Positions 1 to 13,755 of a DNA stretch of 64,000 nt are shown here, one piece after another (position 1 is the stretch's first letter; each line of letters begins with the position of its first letter). Under the pieces are notes generated by a model. That model was not told the DNA's origin. It worked only from the letters and a program-made list of their open reading frames with translations, and searched no databases. The DNA is taken from assembly GCF_009834535.1 (NCBI RefSeq), contig NC_045710.1:51150001-51214000 (forward strand), given 5' to 3'. Both the position numbers and the translations under genes were made by a program. This DNA comes from Camelus ferus (taxonomy: Eukaryota).

Positions 1-350
1 CCACCCCAGAGATGCCACCAAACAGATTGCGTAAAATCCTGAAACTCTGACATAACCCTGGAGAAGAAGTCACCGACGATAACCAAGTTAAATTTCCTCC
101 CATCCTATTGGAAAGGGGGCATGGGATAAAAGCTGAGTTATAAAAAATACAGAAAGGGATATTTCTGGCACATGTGAGTTTGGCAGCAGAGATGCCTCTG
201 GCGCATCATCTTGGACTGACCTGACAGCAGCCGCTATGGTGTCACCCACTGTCCTTTGCACCAGGACACTGTGTTTTGTTCCATGAGCCTAGGTATTAAA
301 TATGCAAGAAAATGGTAATGCTTTTGTCCTCTAGGCCATGCTCAACATTC
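1..350 (+). mobile_element. LTR-like fragment, family unassigned
   Basis: TATA-like tataaaa near 139 followed by attaaa near 295, with ERV-LTR-like composition. Judged by eye only. Confidence 0.35.
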
Positions 351-1089
351 CGTCTCCCACCTCAGGCATTCCCCCTGGGATGTGGATCACGGGCAAGGAA
401 CTTACAAGGCCTTCCTGGTAGGGCCCTGGCCTCTCCGTGGATGAGGCTTGTTCTTGAGGGGTCTGTCTGAAAAGATGCTCTGGCAGCTGCTGCCAGCCCC
501 GGAAGCTGGGAGAACCTGAGGTGGGTCGGTTCTACTTTGACTTTAAGAAGAGAGCTCTCTCTTTCCCTCTCTTTCTTTCTAAGGTGTGGGTCTTGGGATA
601 AAAGGTCCAGGAGGCAGCTCCATTTGGTTCTAAGACTGGACCTTGGGCTCAGAGCTGGAGCTTTATAGCTGCACACAGACCAGTCCAGTTCACAAGGACA
701 CCAACTGGAGCTTGGGGCAAAAGTGTTATTAAATACGATGATTTGGGGGAGGCGGACCGGATGGTGCGTTCCTGGTGAATGAGACGACCATCACTCCCCA
801 CTGCCTAACAAGCCTGCTTTGCTACTACAAATCCTGTGGGAGACCAGTCCCGAGACGGAAGCCCAGCTGCCCTCGAAGATACGAGGAACAGTCCCATCAG
901 CCTGCCTTCCTGTTCGTGGCAGTCCCCACTGAAGTCCACGACTCCCAGGGGCTCACCACCCAGAAAGCCTGCGTCCCCAAGGCAGCTCTGTCTACTCCCA
1001 ATCTGATCAGTCTCTTACCCTTCTCTGCTTCTGGTCCTCCTACTGCGCCTTCTAGAACTTGGTCTGTCACCCGAAAAATGCCTGGGTCT

Positions 1090-3860
1090 CCAACCTCTGC
1101 TTTGAGTGATCTTGCTTAATGAAACTGGCTGTGTTTTCACAGTGTTCTTCTTGTACCTTTCTCAGGTCGATACACAGGACCCACAGGCCAGGTAGTATGT
1201 ATGCTCTTTGCTCCTCATGCCACTCCAGGCAGTTTCTGCCTCCTCCTTCCTCAAAAAACCCCAGTTTCTGTGGAGCCATCAGACTCTGCTCACAGGCTGT
1301 CCCTCCTTCTTAAAGTCACCTGCACATCTTCTTCACTAGGACTTTAGCAGCTCAGTCACTGTCTTCTCCTCCAGTACTGCTCTCATCAGCATCCTCGGTG
1401 ACTGCAGCGTCTACATGGATGATTCACCTCTCCCCTGGCCTCTCAGTTTCTTGACTCTGTAATCTTCCTCACCACCCCCACCAGCCATCTTTTCTCATGG
1501 TCCTGTCTGAAACCTCATCATCACCAATGGCTGGACCATCTCCTAAAATCTAGACGCCAGCATCCAACTCTCTGGTTACCACGACCATCTATCTTTCCAG
1601 ATCATTTGCCTGATTACCCCGATGTCAGTGATTCTTCAAATCCATGGAAACCTCCAATCTCTGCTGACTTTTACACTGCCGATCTTCCTTCTCATAGTCT
1701 AATTTACTTCCTTATCCAACATACATTCCAAGGTCTGTGCTCCTGCAAACACAATTCTTTTGTTCTTCACTCACTCCCGACTAGTCTCCAGGCTAAAACC
1801 CAACCCTGGAGAAACTCATCTCCCTACCTGCTCCACTCCCAAGCAGTAGATATGGCTGAAGGGAAGTCCCACAGCCATGCTGAATGTTCTTGCCTGCATG
1901 TATGACCACAGATCTCAAGAGGTCTCTTAGTGCTTGCTCTCCAGAGGTCCTGCCGGTTTTCTTTTCAGTTCATTTGTTCGATCTCCAAGAGGACCTTTGT
2001 ACACCTCTCTGTCTCCATAAAGTCAGACATTCCTTCTCCCTTCTTGTTCTCAGTTGGCAACCTCATCTCTATTTCACTGATGAAGAAGAACAGTATCTCA
2101 TCTTCCTGTCGTCAGATCAACCAGTCTGCCTGCATCTGTCTCCATCAATTCTGCTTTTGCTTCTGGTGCAGTAGAGAAATGATCTCTTTCTTCTCTCTAG
2201 GGCCAGCGTCACTCATGCTCTGGAGCTCATCCCCTCTGACCCACTGTAATTGTCGCTTCTCTCTCCTCTGTCCTTAAAATGTTACCCTTGTTACTGAATT
2301 ATTCTTATCAGCAAATAAATATACTGGGATATCTCCCAAATTAAACAAAACCCCTTTAAAAAAATCCCCGCTTGATATTGCCCCATGTCTACCCTCCTTT
2401 TTGATACAATGTCTCTAAGAGTTGTTTAATATTTTCTCTACTTTCTCACATCCTGTGTCCTGTTTTCAGCCCAGCCCACTTTAATTGACTTTTATCCCCA
2501 CAGCTCCACGGAAAGGAGTCTTCTCAACATCACCGGTGACTTCCATCTTGCCAAATCCTAAGTTTAATTTTTCAGTCCACATTTGACTAGCTGTTCGGCA
2601 TCTTTGGACACAGTTAATCACTCTCTCTTTCTTGAAGCAGTTTCTGTACATGACACTACTCTCTCCTGGCTTTCCTCCTTTCTTGCCGGAAGCTTCTTCT
2701 TGGTCTCCTTTGTTGGTTCCCCCTCTTTCAGACGCCCAGATGCTGGAGATCTTAGGATTCAGTTCTTGGCCTATTTTATTCCCAGGGTGATGTTACTAGT
2801 CTTATGGTGTTAAATGCCATCTTTGTGTTGATGACTCCTAAATTTATACTTCTAGTCTGACCTCTTTCCTGAGCAAGACTCATATATACAATTATCTATT
2901 CAACAACTAAAGATGTCTCAAACTTAACAAGCCTAAAACCGTTCCCCCAGCGCATTCCTTCCCTAGTCATCCCTGTCTCAGGAAATGACTCTGCCATTCA
3001 TTACTCACTATTCCACTATTCACTGGCCTGGGTGAGTTAACCATCCTTGATTCCTCTCTTTTCCTCATACCACACAATCCAAACTATTGGCAAATTCTGC
3101 CGACTCTAAATTAGTCATCCCCAGCCCGACCACTTCCCATCACTTCCACTGATCCCATCTTGGTCCGAACCACCCTGATTCTTACTGAGACAATTGCAAT
3201 AGCCTCTATACTTGTCTCTCTTCGTTCATTCTTGCTCCTTTGTGGTTAATTTCCCACATATTAGCTAAGAATTATCTTTTAAAATGTAAATTGTAGTTTA
3301 AAATATACAATGTTCCTCTGCTCAAAACTCTCCAGTGGCTTCCCGTACCACTTGAAATAAAATCCAAACCCCTTACCTCATTTCGCTGACCTTAACCCAA
3401 CCCCTCCAGTCTTTCTGATCTTATCTCCTTCCCCTCCCTGCCCTCTGACCCACTAGCCTCATTGTTCTCTTCAAACCGAAGCATTCCTTCTGTGGGGTCT
3501 TTGCATGGCTGTGTTTTCTATCTGGAATATGTTTGCCCCATATTATCTCATATCTCATGCCTTCATTTCATTCAGATCTTAAGAATTAACTTATCAGTGG
3601 AACCTTCCCTGACCGTTCTATCTGAGATAGTCACCATGTCCATGGCTTGCTGCCCCCTGATCCTCCTTTATTTTTTCTCTGGCACTTACACTGTATAAAC
3701 ATCATATTGTATATTTGTTGCTTGTCACCTGCTTCCTCTACTGGAATGTGAGTTCATGAGAGTGGAGACTTCTTCTGTCTTCCCTGAGTCGTTGTATCTT
3801 CAATGACGGTACATAGTAGGTACTCAATAGACATATTTTGAATAATAGTTAGAATGATTG
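1090..3860 (+). mobile_element. Long L2 LINE relic (endonuclease/RT region through the 3' end)
   Basis: Pyrimidine-rich sequence with L2 ORF2 hallmarks (aatgaaactggct, ggtgactgcagcgtctacatggatgat, ccctggcctctcagtttcttgact) and an L2 terminus (catagtaggtactcaatagacatattttgaat). Confidence 0.85.
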
Positions 3861-4138
3861 TTCCTGGCATGTTCTGCTGTGTGGTTTCTTTAAGAACTTG
3901 TGATGGAGGTAAGTCGCCCTGGGTCTTAGCCACATACCATCTCATCTCATCTATCAAACACAGCCAGGGCTAGTGAAGGGTCTTGCAGCCAGGTCTGACT
4001 GAAATACCCAAGGAAGCTTCTCCTAAGCAAAGGTGACTTAGGAAAGCCAGCCTCACTGTGTCTGAATGCTAAGTCTCATGTGAAAGATGGGTTAGTTTCA
4101 CTCATTATTGCTCTAAAGGTCTACTTCCCAAATTTTAA

Positions 4139-4229
4139 TTTTTTAAAAAATGGACGTACTGGAGATTGAACCCAAGACCTCACGCAAGCCAAGCACAGGC
4201 TCTACCACTGAGCTATCCACCCCAACTCT
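4139..4229 (-). mobile_element. vic-1-like tRNA-derived SINE
   Basis: A/B-box head (tagctcagtggtagag...gttcaatc). 11-bp TSD ccaaattttaa at 4128-38 and 4230-40. Confidence 0.85.
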
Positions 4230-4802
4230 CCAAATTTTAAAGTTGTTCATCTGTATCAGTAAAATATTTTCAGCACCTTTCCAATCAGTGCATACTTATA
4301 TGTAAATTATATGCATATTAATCATGGATGATAACAAATTAACCCACGTTTTCTGTCTTGGAAAGAGCAAATGTCTCCTTTTGAGGATAGACGACCCACT
4401 GGGTCCCGAGAACGCTTATGGGACCCAAATGACAATTGGCGCTTGTTTCAATTCGCCATGAGGGTCCCCGGCAATCTGGGCCCCGAGCCTTGTCTTGGAA
4501 GTCTTGTCTCCTCCCTTCTGCATGTGGCCTCACACTACCCTTTCGTCACCTGGGTTCATCTGCACACATGTCTTCACAGAACATGAAAGCTCTTCCCTGC
4601 AACGGTCTTACAGAAGGAAGAACTTTCTAATGCTAAGAGCCATCCGGCAGGTGAAATGTGCTGGCCTCTCAGGAAGTGTGTATTGTCTTATCACTGAACT
4701 TGCTTCAGCACAGGTGGCATGGCTTCCTGGAAATTTGGCATTTGCTGGAAATTTGGACTTGACCAATGTTTGTCTGAATGCCATCGACATCAGAATCAGC
4801 TC

Positions 4803-4805
<3 letters not shown>

Positions 4806-4837
<32 letters not shown>
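4806..4837. repeat. (GT)16 microsatellite
   Basis: Read directly from the sequence. Confidence 0.97.
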
Positions 4838-4841
<4 letters not shown>

Positions 4842-4859
4842 GGGTGCAGTTGAGGAGGC

Positions 4860-4985
4860 GCTGTCAAAAATGAGGATCCCTGGGCCTTACCTAGACCTCC
4901 TGCATTGGCATATCTTGGGGAAGGAACCAGGAATCAGCAGTGTCCAGCTGAATAAAACATACTAAGAGGTCCCTCCTAGCTCTAA
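4860..4985. mobile_element. MER5A-like hAT DNA transposon fragment
   Basis: Motif aaaaatgaggatccctgggccttacctagacc...ggaaccaggaatc. Confidence 0.6.
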
Positions 4986-5084
4986 GAATCTATAATTCAA
5001 CTTCTAACGCTATTTACTAGCTGGGACTAGCTGGAAGCCCTTGGGCATGTTAATAAGCCTTTTGGGCCTCTATTTTTCCCCCCC

Positions 5085-5222
5085 AATCTATTTATTTATT
5101 AAAACAAATCTTTTGATAGGGGGAGGTAATTAGGCTTACTTGTTTCATTTATTTATTTTTAGAGGAGGTGCTGGGGATGGAACCCAGGACCTTGCGTATG
5201 CTAAACATGAACATACCCCCCT
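5085..5222 (-). mobile_element. vic-1-like SINE with composite tail
   Basis: tRNA-like head plus a tail containing the cctaattacctcccc core. Confidence 0.8.
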
Positions 5223-5289
5223 TATTTTGTCATCTTTAAAACAAAAGTTAAGCCACAGTCTTTTCTAGCTCTGGAGTTTGATGCTTTTT

Positions 5290-5422
5290 CTTAAAAAAAA
5301 TTTAAAAAAATTTATTAAATTTTTCTTTGGGTGTGGGGAAAGGGTATTTATTTATTTATTTTTTAATGGAAGTACTGCGGTTTGAAGGCATGCATTCAAC
5401 CACTGAGCTATACCCTCCCCCA
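5290..5422 (-). mobile_element. vic-1-like SINE
   Basis: Head gggggagggtatagctcagtggttgaatgc with an A-rich tail. Confidence 0.75.
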
Positions 5423-5539
5423 TATTAAATTTTTTAATTGAAAATTGAGATGTAATTGACATATGACATTGTATTTAGTTTTAGGTGCACAACAGAATGA
5501 TCTGAGATACGTGTCTATTGTGAGATGATCACCACAACA

Positions 5540-7204
5540 CAGTAGTACCCCTTATCTGTGGTTTCGCCTTCCCTGGGCTGTTACCCTTGGTCAACCATGG
5601 GCTGAAAATATTAAATGGAAAATCCCAGAAATAAACAATTCATGAGTTTTAAGTTGCACACCATTCTGAGCAGCATGACGAAACCTCGCATTGTCCTGGG
5701 ACGTGAATCATCCCTTTGTCCAGCATAGCCTGCCCCATAGTCACTTACTAGCCATCTTGGGCAACAGATCAGATCGACTGTCAGGGTATTGCAATGCTTG
5801 TGTTAAAGCAACCTTTATTTTACTTAATAGTGGCCTCAAAGCGCAAGAGCAGCGCTGCTGGCAATTTGGATGTGCCGAAGAGGAAGTGTAAGGTGCTTCA
5901 TTTAAGTGCAAAGGTGGAAGTTCTCCACTTAATCAGGGAGGAAAAAAAAATCGTATGGCGAGCTTGCTAAGGTCTACGGTAAGAACGGATTTTTTTTTTT
6001 TTTTGGTAAGATCTGCTATTTATCCTAATTTTATTTTATTTTTTATTTTTAATTGAAGTATAATCCATTTACAATGTTGTGTTAACTTCTGGTGTACAGC
6101 ATAGTGATTCATTTATCTATATCTATATCTATATCATCTATAGATACAGTTTTTCATTATAGGCCGTTACAAAGTATTGAATGTAGTTCTCAGTGCTATA
6201 CAGTCATATCTTGTTGTTTATTTTATATACAGTAATCAATATCTGCAAATCCTGAATTCCCTGTTTACGCCTCCCCATCCCATTTTCCCCCTGATAACCA
6301 TAAGTTTGTTTTCTATGCCTGTGATTCTGACTCTGTTTTATAAATAAGTTCATTTATGTCCTTTTTCCCAAGATTCCACATATAAGTGATATCATATGGT
6401 ATTTTTCTTTCTCTTTCTGGCTTACTTCACTTAGTGTGACAATCTCCAGGTCCATCTATATTGCTGCAAATGGCATATTTCATTCTTTTTTATGGCTGAG
6501 TAGTATTCCATTGTGTGTATATACCACATCTTCTTTATCCAGTCATCTCTATATGGAGATTTAAGTTGCTTCCATGTCTTGGCTATTGTGAATAGTGCTG
6601 CTATGAACACTGGGGTGTATGTATCTTTTCGAATTAGAGCTTCCTCTGGATATACGCCCAGGAGTGGGACTTGCTGAATCATATGGTAAGGCTATTTTCA
6701 GTCTTTTAAGTAATCTCCATACTGTTTTCCATAATGGCTGCACCAAACTACATTCCCATCAACAGTGTAGGAGGGTCCCCTGTTCTCTGCACCCTCTCCA
6801 GCATTTAAAGAATGGATCTTCTTTCTGTGAAATTGTGAAGAAAAAAGAAATTCATGCTTATTTTATTGTTGTGCCTCAAACTACAAAAGTGATGGCCACA
6901 GTGCATGATAAGTGCTTAGTTAAGATAGAAAAGGCATTAAATTTGTACAAGATATTTTGCAAGAGANNNNNNNNNNNNNNNNNNNNNNNNNNNNNNNNNN
7001 NNNNNNNNNNNNNNNNNNNNNNNNNNNNNNNNNNNNNNNNNNNNNNNNNNNNNNNNNNNNNNNNNNNNNNNNNNNNNNNNNNNNNNNNNNNNNNNNNNNN
7101 NNNNNNNNNNNAAGTCGTATATATTGGGTTTGGTATTATCTGTGGTTTCAGGCATCCCCTGGGGCCTTGGGATGTATCTCCCCGTGGATAAGGGGGGACT
7201 GCTG
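5540..7204 (+). mobile_element. MER44/Tigger7-like DNA transposon interrupted by an L1
   Basis: Terminal inverted repeats cagtagtaccccttatc and ggataaggggggactgctg, followed by TA. The internal sequence matches the Tigger transposase 5' region. An N gap lies at 6967-7111. Confidence 0.85.
5991..6807 (-). mobile_element. Young L1 3' fragment inserted in the Tigger
   Basis: Poly(T) at 5991, then L1 3'UTR and ORF2 end (ORFs 6431..6682 and 6561..6746 are L1 ORF2 C-terminal remnants). TSD aagaacggat / aagaatggat at 5981-90 and 6808-17. Confidence 0.9.
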
Positions 7205-9199
7205 TAAGTTTAGTTGACATCCAAAGCACATATAATTACACATTTTTTTTTCTTGTGATGGGAACATTTTTTTTCGTGTTTTTCTGTATTTTTAATGTAT
7301 TTACTTTATTGAAGTATAGTTGATTTATAATATTGTGTTTGTTTCTGATATACAACATAGTGATTCAGATATACATATGTATATATTCTGATGAGAACTT
7401 TTAAGATCTATCTCTCAGCAACTTTCAAATACACGATATAGTATTGTTAGCCACAGTCACCATGCAGTCCATTACCTCCCCAGGACCATGTCCCCATTGT
7501 CTACCTTGTCTCTCTTTATTTGAAGCTTTGCTCGTAGCTGGGTAAGCGTGAGCATCTTAAAGAAAAAGTTTGTTGCAGTGAAACGAAAAGTGGTAAGTGC
7601 TCAGTAAATTTTTGTTGATTGATAGCTGGGTTTAGGGTTAGTCAAAGGAGACCATTCAAAACAGGAGGAAAGCCACATCTTAAAAGCCAGGAGCTTCCCA
7701 AACCTTGGCTCACTTCAGAGCTTAACATGAAAGCCGTTATTTAAGTTGTACCTTCTCAAGTGGGCTGGAGGGAGGAGGCAGCGACTTCCCATCACAGGAC
7801 TGCTACAGGCCAGTCAACGCTCTGCTAGCCATGCTTGCTGCCTGAAAGACGCTTTCCCTGTGTGGTTTTATCAAAGGCCACAGGCTGGCGGCTGGATGCA
7901 CAGAGCTGCTCCTGTGTGGGCACAGAGACTCCTTGTCAGGCTGCCCCTTGGAGGAGCCACAGGTCTGGTTTCCATCCCCTCTGTAGGGAGGAGGGTGAAG
8001 GAGGAGAAGGAGGCCAGTGGGGTTTGTCCAGATCCTAGAAGCAGCAGGCAAGACGGGCTGTACTCATGGTCATGTCTACAGACACAGAAGCCCCAGGCTG
8101 GTGGCTTTGGCTGCAGCATCTCTGTCTACTTTGTTTTGAAGAGAACAGTCAGAAAAAAGAAAAGCTGTGTTTTGGAGTTAGGGACGTTGTCTGTTGCTGG
8201 GAATCTGACGGGGGCTCCTGTCTGCAGGGACCCACATGCTCCTGTCAGCTAAAGGTAGCTGTTCAGTGAGCCAGATTGCCTGGGTGGGGACCTGCGCTCT
8301 CTCGTCAGTCTTCCATCCATTTCTGGAGAGCCTGCCTTCAAGAACATCTGGGTGAGCTGTTTCTGCTGAGGGCCATCCTCATGATTATGGCCTTGGTGAG
8401 GGTCCCAGTGTGGTGGCTCAGTGACTCTCATCCCTTAATCTCGGGCTCTGATCCCATGCAAGCCTTGCCCAGGTGCTAGAGTCCTCAAGTGCCCCTGTCG
8501 CTTGATCTCCTTCTTTGTTCTACCCTGAGTCCCTGCTTGTAATGATTAAACCTCCAAGATACACCAGAGAGCTGAGGGCTGGATGACCTCCCAAGTGTCC
8601 TTTTCCAAGCATGTTCCCCCCAGGGAAGAGACTCTGCATTAACGAGGCACCCGCTATGTGTGAGACATTGTTACGTGTTTTACTCTAGTGCTCTCCAAAG
8701 TCGGGTGTGAGAGCCTCAAGGGTGACCTACTGGGGAGCAGGAAGGACATACTGAGACTTCTATTTATATTTATTTTCTGATGCAAGAAGTAGGAAAGAAA
8801 TTAAATATACTTGAATTTAATGGATGCCAGCACCTGCATGCCTGGCACGTGAGGTGTCTTGTGGGCAGAATGGGGTTTACAGCCACACGGAGGCTGATGT
8901 GGCATCCCCGGGCTTTCGTTTGTTCAACTTTAGCATATGGAGACCAACTGCAAGGGACGTGAATGGATTTGTGACTTTAAAAACACTCCTGACAAAGTGG
9001 ATAAGTGGCTTAAAGAGAGGCCGTAGGTTGAAAATAATACTGAAATTTCAATATAAGTAAACAACAAAAAAATAGTAGGGCAACATTTCTACTTCCAGAA
9101 CGAGCTGTATCATGTTACAAAACAAAAACAACAGCTATCCAATCAGATCTGACAAGGAGTTGGTTAAAAAAAGGAGAAGATTGGCAAAGATGATTCTTT

Positions 9200-9545
9200 T
9201 TTTAAAAAATTGAAGTATAGTTGATTTACAATGTTGTTAGTTTCAGGTGTACAACATAGTGATTCAGTTATACATACGTACATATATATACACATATTTT
9301 TTCTATATTCTTTTCCATTATAGGTTATTAGAAGTTATTGAATATAGTACCTTTGTGCTATACAGTAGGTCCTTGTTGTTTATCTGTTTTATATATAGTA
9401 GTGTGTATTTGTTGATCCCAAACTCCTAATTTATCCGTCCCCCAACCCTTCCCCTTTGGTAACCAAAGGATTGTTTTCTATGTCTGAGTCGGTTTCTGAC
9501 TTAGTATGACAATCTCTAGTTCCATCCATGTTGCTGCAAATGGCT
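9200..9545 (-). mobile_element. L1 3' fragment
   Basis: L1 3'-end motif ttgaagtatagttgatttacaatgttg. Confidence 0.85.
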
Positions 9546-9861
9546 TTATTTCATTCAAGAAGACTATCTGAATTCCAAGTTTACATCCACAATCTTTAAG
9601 GTGACCAGTCTCTCTAAGTTTACAGCATGCTTTGAGATAATAGGTAAGGGTAATATAAAACCAGTCACATTTAGTGATGTATTTAAAAACTAAGCACAAA
9701 AAATGTGAAGGCAGGTCTCTACAGTTTTTCTGAGATGTTAAAAGTCGTGAAAAATAAGTCCTGTTTGTAAGGAAATTTTATTAAACTTAGTAATATGAGT
9801 CTAAAGGCTCTTTTGAGGTTTCTTATGCAATAGCCAAAGATAAAAACCATACACTATTGGA

Positions 9862-10034
9862 CTGTATAGCACAGGGAACTATAGTCAATATCTTGTAGTA
9901 ACCTATAATGAAAAAAGAATATGAAGTTGAATATATGTATGTATATGTGTGACTGGGACATAGTGCTGTACACCAGAAACTGACACAACATTGTAAACTG
10001 ACTATACGTCAGTAAAAAAGCATGTAAAAAAAAC
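9862..10034 (+). mobile_element. Short, young 5'-truncated L1 3' end
   Basis: ctgtatagcacagggaact... followed by an A-tail. Perfect 15-bp TSD ccatacactattgga at 9847-61 and 10035-49. Confidence 0.92.
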
Positions 10035-10819
10035 CCATACACTATTGGAAACGCTTTCTGATTTCCTGGCTGAAACACACAGAAAACAATACAGCAAAAA
10101 AAAACTAAGATGCATTCATCTGTCAGAAAAAGAATACTGAAAATTATTGAATGATGTTTAAAAAATATTGCTTAAGATTTGAAGCAAGAGCTAAGTATCA
10201 GATTTCTCAGTGTGAGATAGAAGTAGAACATTTGGATAGAAGTAGAGTTGTGTCTAACATGTTTCACTTTATGATAATTCCTAAGTTCTATTTCAGTAAA
10301 GAAGTAACATAAAAATTTCGTTTCTTTTTAGAATGTAAAAGCCACAAGAACTTGTTGTGCACACACTAGTAATGAGAAAATGCTGGATAAAGGGTTTAAG
10401 AAGTCATTAAATATTTTTGCACCCATTAGAGAGCTGAGGTCTCAAATCAACCAAGTCAACTAAATTCCAAGGGGTGAGAAGCTCTTCTGAGGAGAGACAG
10501 GACCGATGTGCTAGGGTATGGGGGAAAGAAGAAGTTGTCAGATAACAGACAGGTGAGAAGAAAACAGCTGATATTTTAATGAATTCTGAAGCGCCAACTG
10601 TGTTCCTAGTGTGACAGTTAGAATCCCTAAAAACCCCGGACCCGAGGGGAGCCCACAATTCCTCGCCAGCTGTTTTGTCTGAGCTTCCACGCGGTGCTCC
10701 TGAAGAAGGCTGGGCGTGGGCAGCAGACCTGAGAGAGCCCTCGCCTCTGTGCTGCGTGGGCGTAGGACCACTTGCTCTTCTGTCATATGAAGCAAAAGCC
10801 ACGTGCTTCTGGAGTGAGC

Positions 10820-11670
10820 AGAAGAAGGAAACTGCCATCCCCTGGTCATAGACAATAAGCTGCTGCCCTGCACTAGAGGTAGAAGTAAAAGCTACCTGCT
10901 GCCAGGGGAGGGAAAGGAAAGCTGCTTGGGGGTTTATAACACATGTAGAAGTGAAATATTAGGCAAAAGCATGAAGGCTGAGCAGGAGGAATGAAAGTAT
11001 GCTGTTGTAAGTCTCTACTATCATACATGAAGTGGTATAGTAATATTTGAGGGTAAATTGTATATGGTAAACCACAGAGTAATCATTAAAAAGCAAAACA
11101 AAGAGGTGTAACTATTAACCCAGTAGTAGAGCTAAAATTGAATTATATAAAAAAATTCTCATTAATTCAAAAGAAGGCAGGAAAAGAGAAAAAAAAAAAA
11201 AGCCAAAGAGAAGATGGGAGAAATTATCATATGATAGGTGTAAATTCAACTATATTTATAGTTGTATTAAATGCAAAAATCTAAATACTACAAATAAAAG
11301 GCAGAGATTGTCAGATTGGGAAAAAAAACTAGGCCTGATTATATCATCTACAAAAAACCTACTTTAAATGTAAAGACATAGATTAAAAATAAAAAGATAG
11401 AAAGAGATATACCATATAAACAGGAAATTTTTTAAAAAGGTAGGTTGGCTATGTGAATATTAGAAAAAGTAGACTTTGGAACAAGGACTATTACTGGTTG
11501 TGAAGAGGGGTAATATACCAGTGATATTGGGGCCAATTCATTAAGGAGACATAACAATTCTAAGTATATATACATTTAATAAAAGAGCTTCAAAATACAT
11601 AAAGCAAATGCTGATAGAATGGAAAGAAGGAACACACAAGTCCACAATTATAGTTGGAAATATTAATAAG
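10820..11670 (+). mobile_element. Old L1M inter-ORF/endonuclease fragment
   Basis: A-rich, with aaaggcagagattgtcagattgg and aaagtagactt L1 ORF2 5' motifs. Confidence 0.75.
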
Positions 11671-13755
11671 CTTCATCTCCAGCTCATCCCAACACTGGGG
11701 GCTCTGATTCTGAAATTTCTTCAAGCTATTACCACCCCCCCATTATAAAAAATCACCTACAAGGAAGATACGGATGTCTTGGCATGGTCTCCCCATTTCT
11801 GCCCTGAGTAGGTAGGTATGGTCAAATCTTATTTAGATTTTAAAACCAAAGGCTGTTATAGACGTCTGTAATGGAGAAGAGAGAGATCAGAGGTTAGAGG
11901 AAATACAGACCAATGTCCACTTGGTCTTCTTCATTTTACAGGTGGGGACAGTGAGATCCAGAGCCCTGAAATAACAGACCTGAGGTCCCACCACTGGTTG
12001 ACTGCAGAGCCAGGGCTAGAACAAGGACACCTGCCCTCAGTCCAGTGCTGTTTCTGGCAGAGGAGGGGAAAGGTGTGGGGACCAGAGTGGAGGGAAGAAG
12101 GATGGAAAGGAGAGGAGGGGAGGAGAGAAGAGCAAGGTCGGAGGAAGGACTTAGTCAGTGGTTTACAGACTTGAATGATGCGCTTTGTTATGTCCCTGAA
12201 CCTCAGGCCCCATAGTGGTGCTGGGGAAGGAAGCTGGGAATGGTATACACATTGCTGAGGGGCCTCAGGGATCTGGGGAACATCCAGAGAGAACACCCCT
12301 CTCCCCTCCACACACACAGGAGAATGGTTAGACACGGACTAAGGATGCTGTTCATTGTGGAGTCTCTAAAAGGCCAGGAGCCAGTCTGAGGACCACCACC
12401 TGGGAAGAGGGTTCTGAACCAAGGCCTGTGAATAACAATGTTAGCTTTATGTGATGCTTTCCAAGTAAGTGCCCATTGCTTTTCCATACCTGGTTGCTTG
12501 CAACCCAGCTACTCTACGCAGTAACTGTGATTTTCATTTTACAGCTGAAAAAGACAGGTTCAAATGCTTAAGTCAGTTTCCCAGGGACATGGGCTGGTAA
12601 GTGGCAAAGCTCGGAGTTGGACTCGGTTGACCAGACTCCTACTCACCTTTGGGGCGTGAGAGAGCTGTGTCCGGGGAGTCATCGGTCCAACACTGGTGTG
12701 GGCTCCCTTAGAGGGCCTGCGTGAAGAACCAGGAGAAGGCCAAGGTGCGTGGGGAGACCAGTCCTGCCTGGGAGAGTCAGGGTTTCATAGATGGGGAATC
12801 ATTTTAGATGGCTGTAAAGCAGGTTCTTAAACTTGGCTGCCCATAAGAAACATCCAGAGATATTAAAAACAAACCCCAAAAAAGGCTGATTCCTGGACCC
12901 CTCCTCAGACCTATCAAGTCAGTATCTCAGTGGGGAAAACGGAGAATCCACCTGTACTTGACTCAACAGCGCCCCTGTGGCCAGGTGGAGACCCTTGAAG
13001 GGCTGGAGGGACAGGGCTGGGAGCCAGGGCCAGCCTGGGGGTCCTCCAATCCCATGCAGCTGCGGGCAGCTCCCTGCACCCCTCCTCCCTGGGGGGCAGA
13101 GAGGGGCTTCTGAACGGAAGGCCAGGGTCCCTCCTGCTACTCTGGCACCTGGCTAGGTCCAGAGACCGGGGTCCCCTCAACAGAAGCGGAGCCTCCCGAT
13201 GACATGATGTGTGCCGCACAGACTAGCTTACTGCCATCTGCCCGGGGACTGTGCTTACAGAAATGATTTCTTTGTCAAAACACACGCCAGCGAGCCTGCT
13301 CTGGCCCCAGGCTTCTGTTTCATAACTCTTTTTATTGGAGCAGAAAGAAGCAGCACGTTATTGTTCTCCTGCGCCACATTTTCTCATGGCTCAAGAGAGC
13401 AACAGGCACTTTGTGCAAACAGAAAAGCCGGCTTTGTTGTCTGAAGACAGGGAGGTGAGAGAGACAAGAAGAAGGCCTTTCATAGACCATAAAAGAGACA
13501 CACCACCCAAAGCAGGCTTGGGGCGGATGGGCGGGAGGGCTTGGGAATGGTGCAGAGAAATCATTTGCACGCGTTCCCCGGCTCATCAAAGTTTCACGCG
13601 TTTGAGGTGGGCAGGTCTGTTTCAAGGCTCTTTGGCAGAGCCCTTCCTACTGGGAGGATCGTTCTGGAACGATTTTATGTAATGATGGTGTTTCTGTCAA
13701 ACTGAGTGAGTCGATCAAGTTGGTGAGGGCATTTCAATGTTTAAGAAACCTTGGT

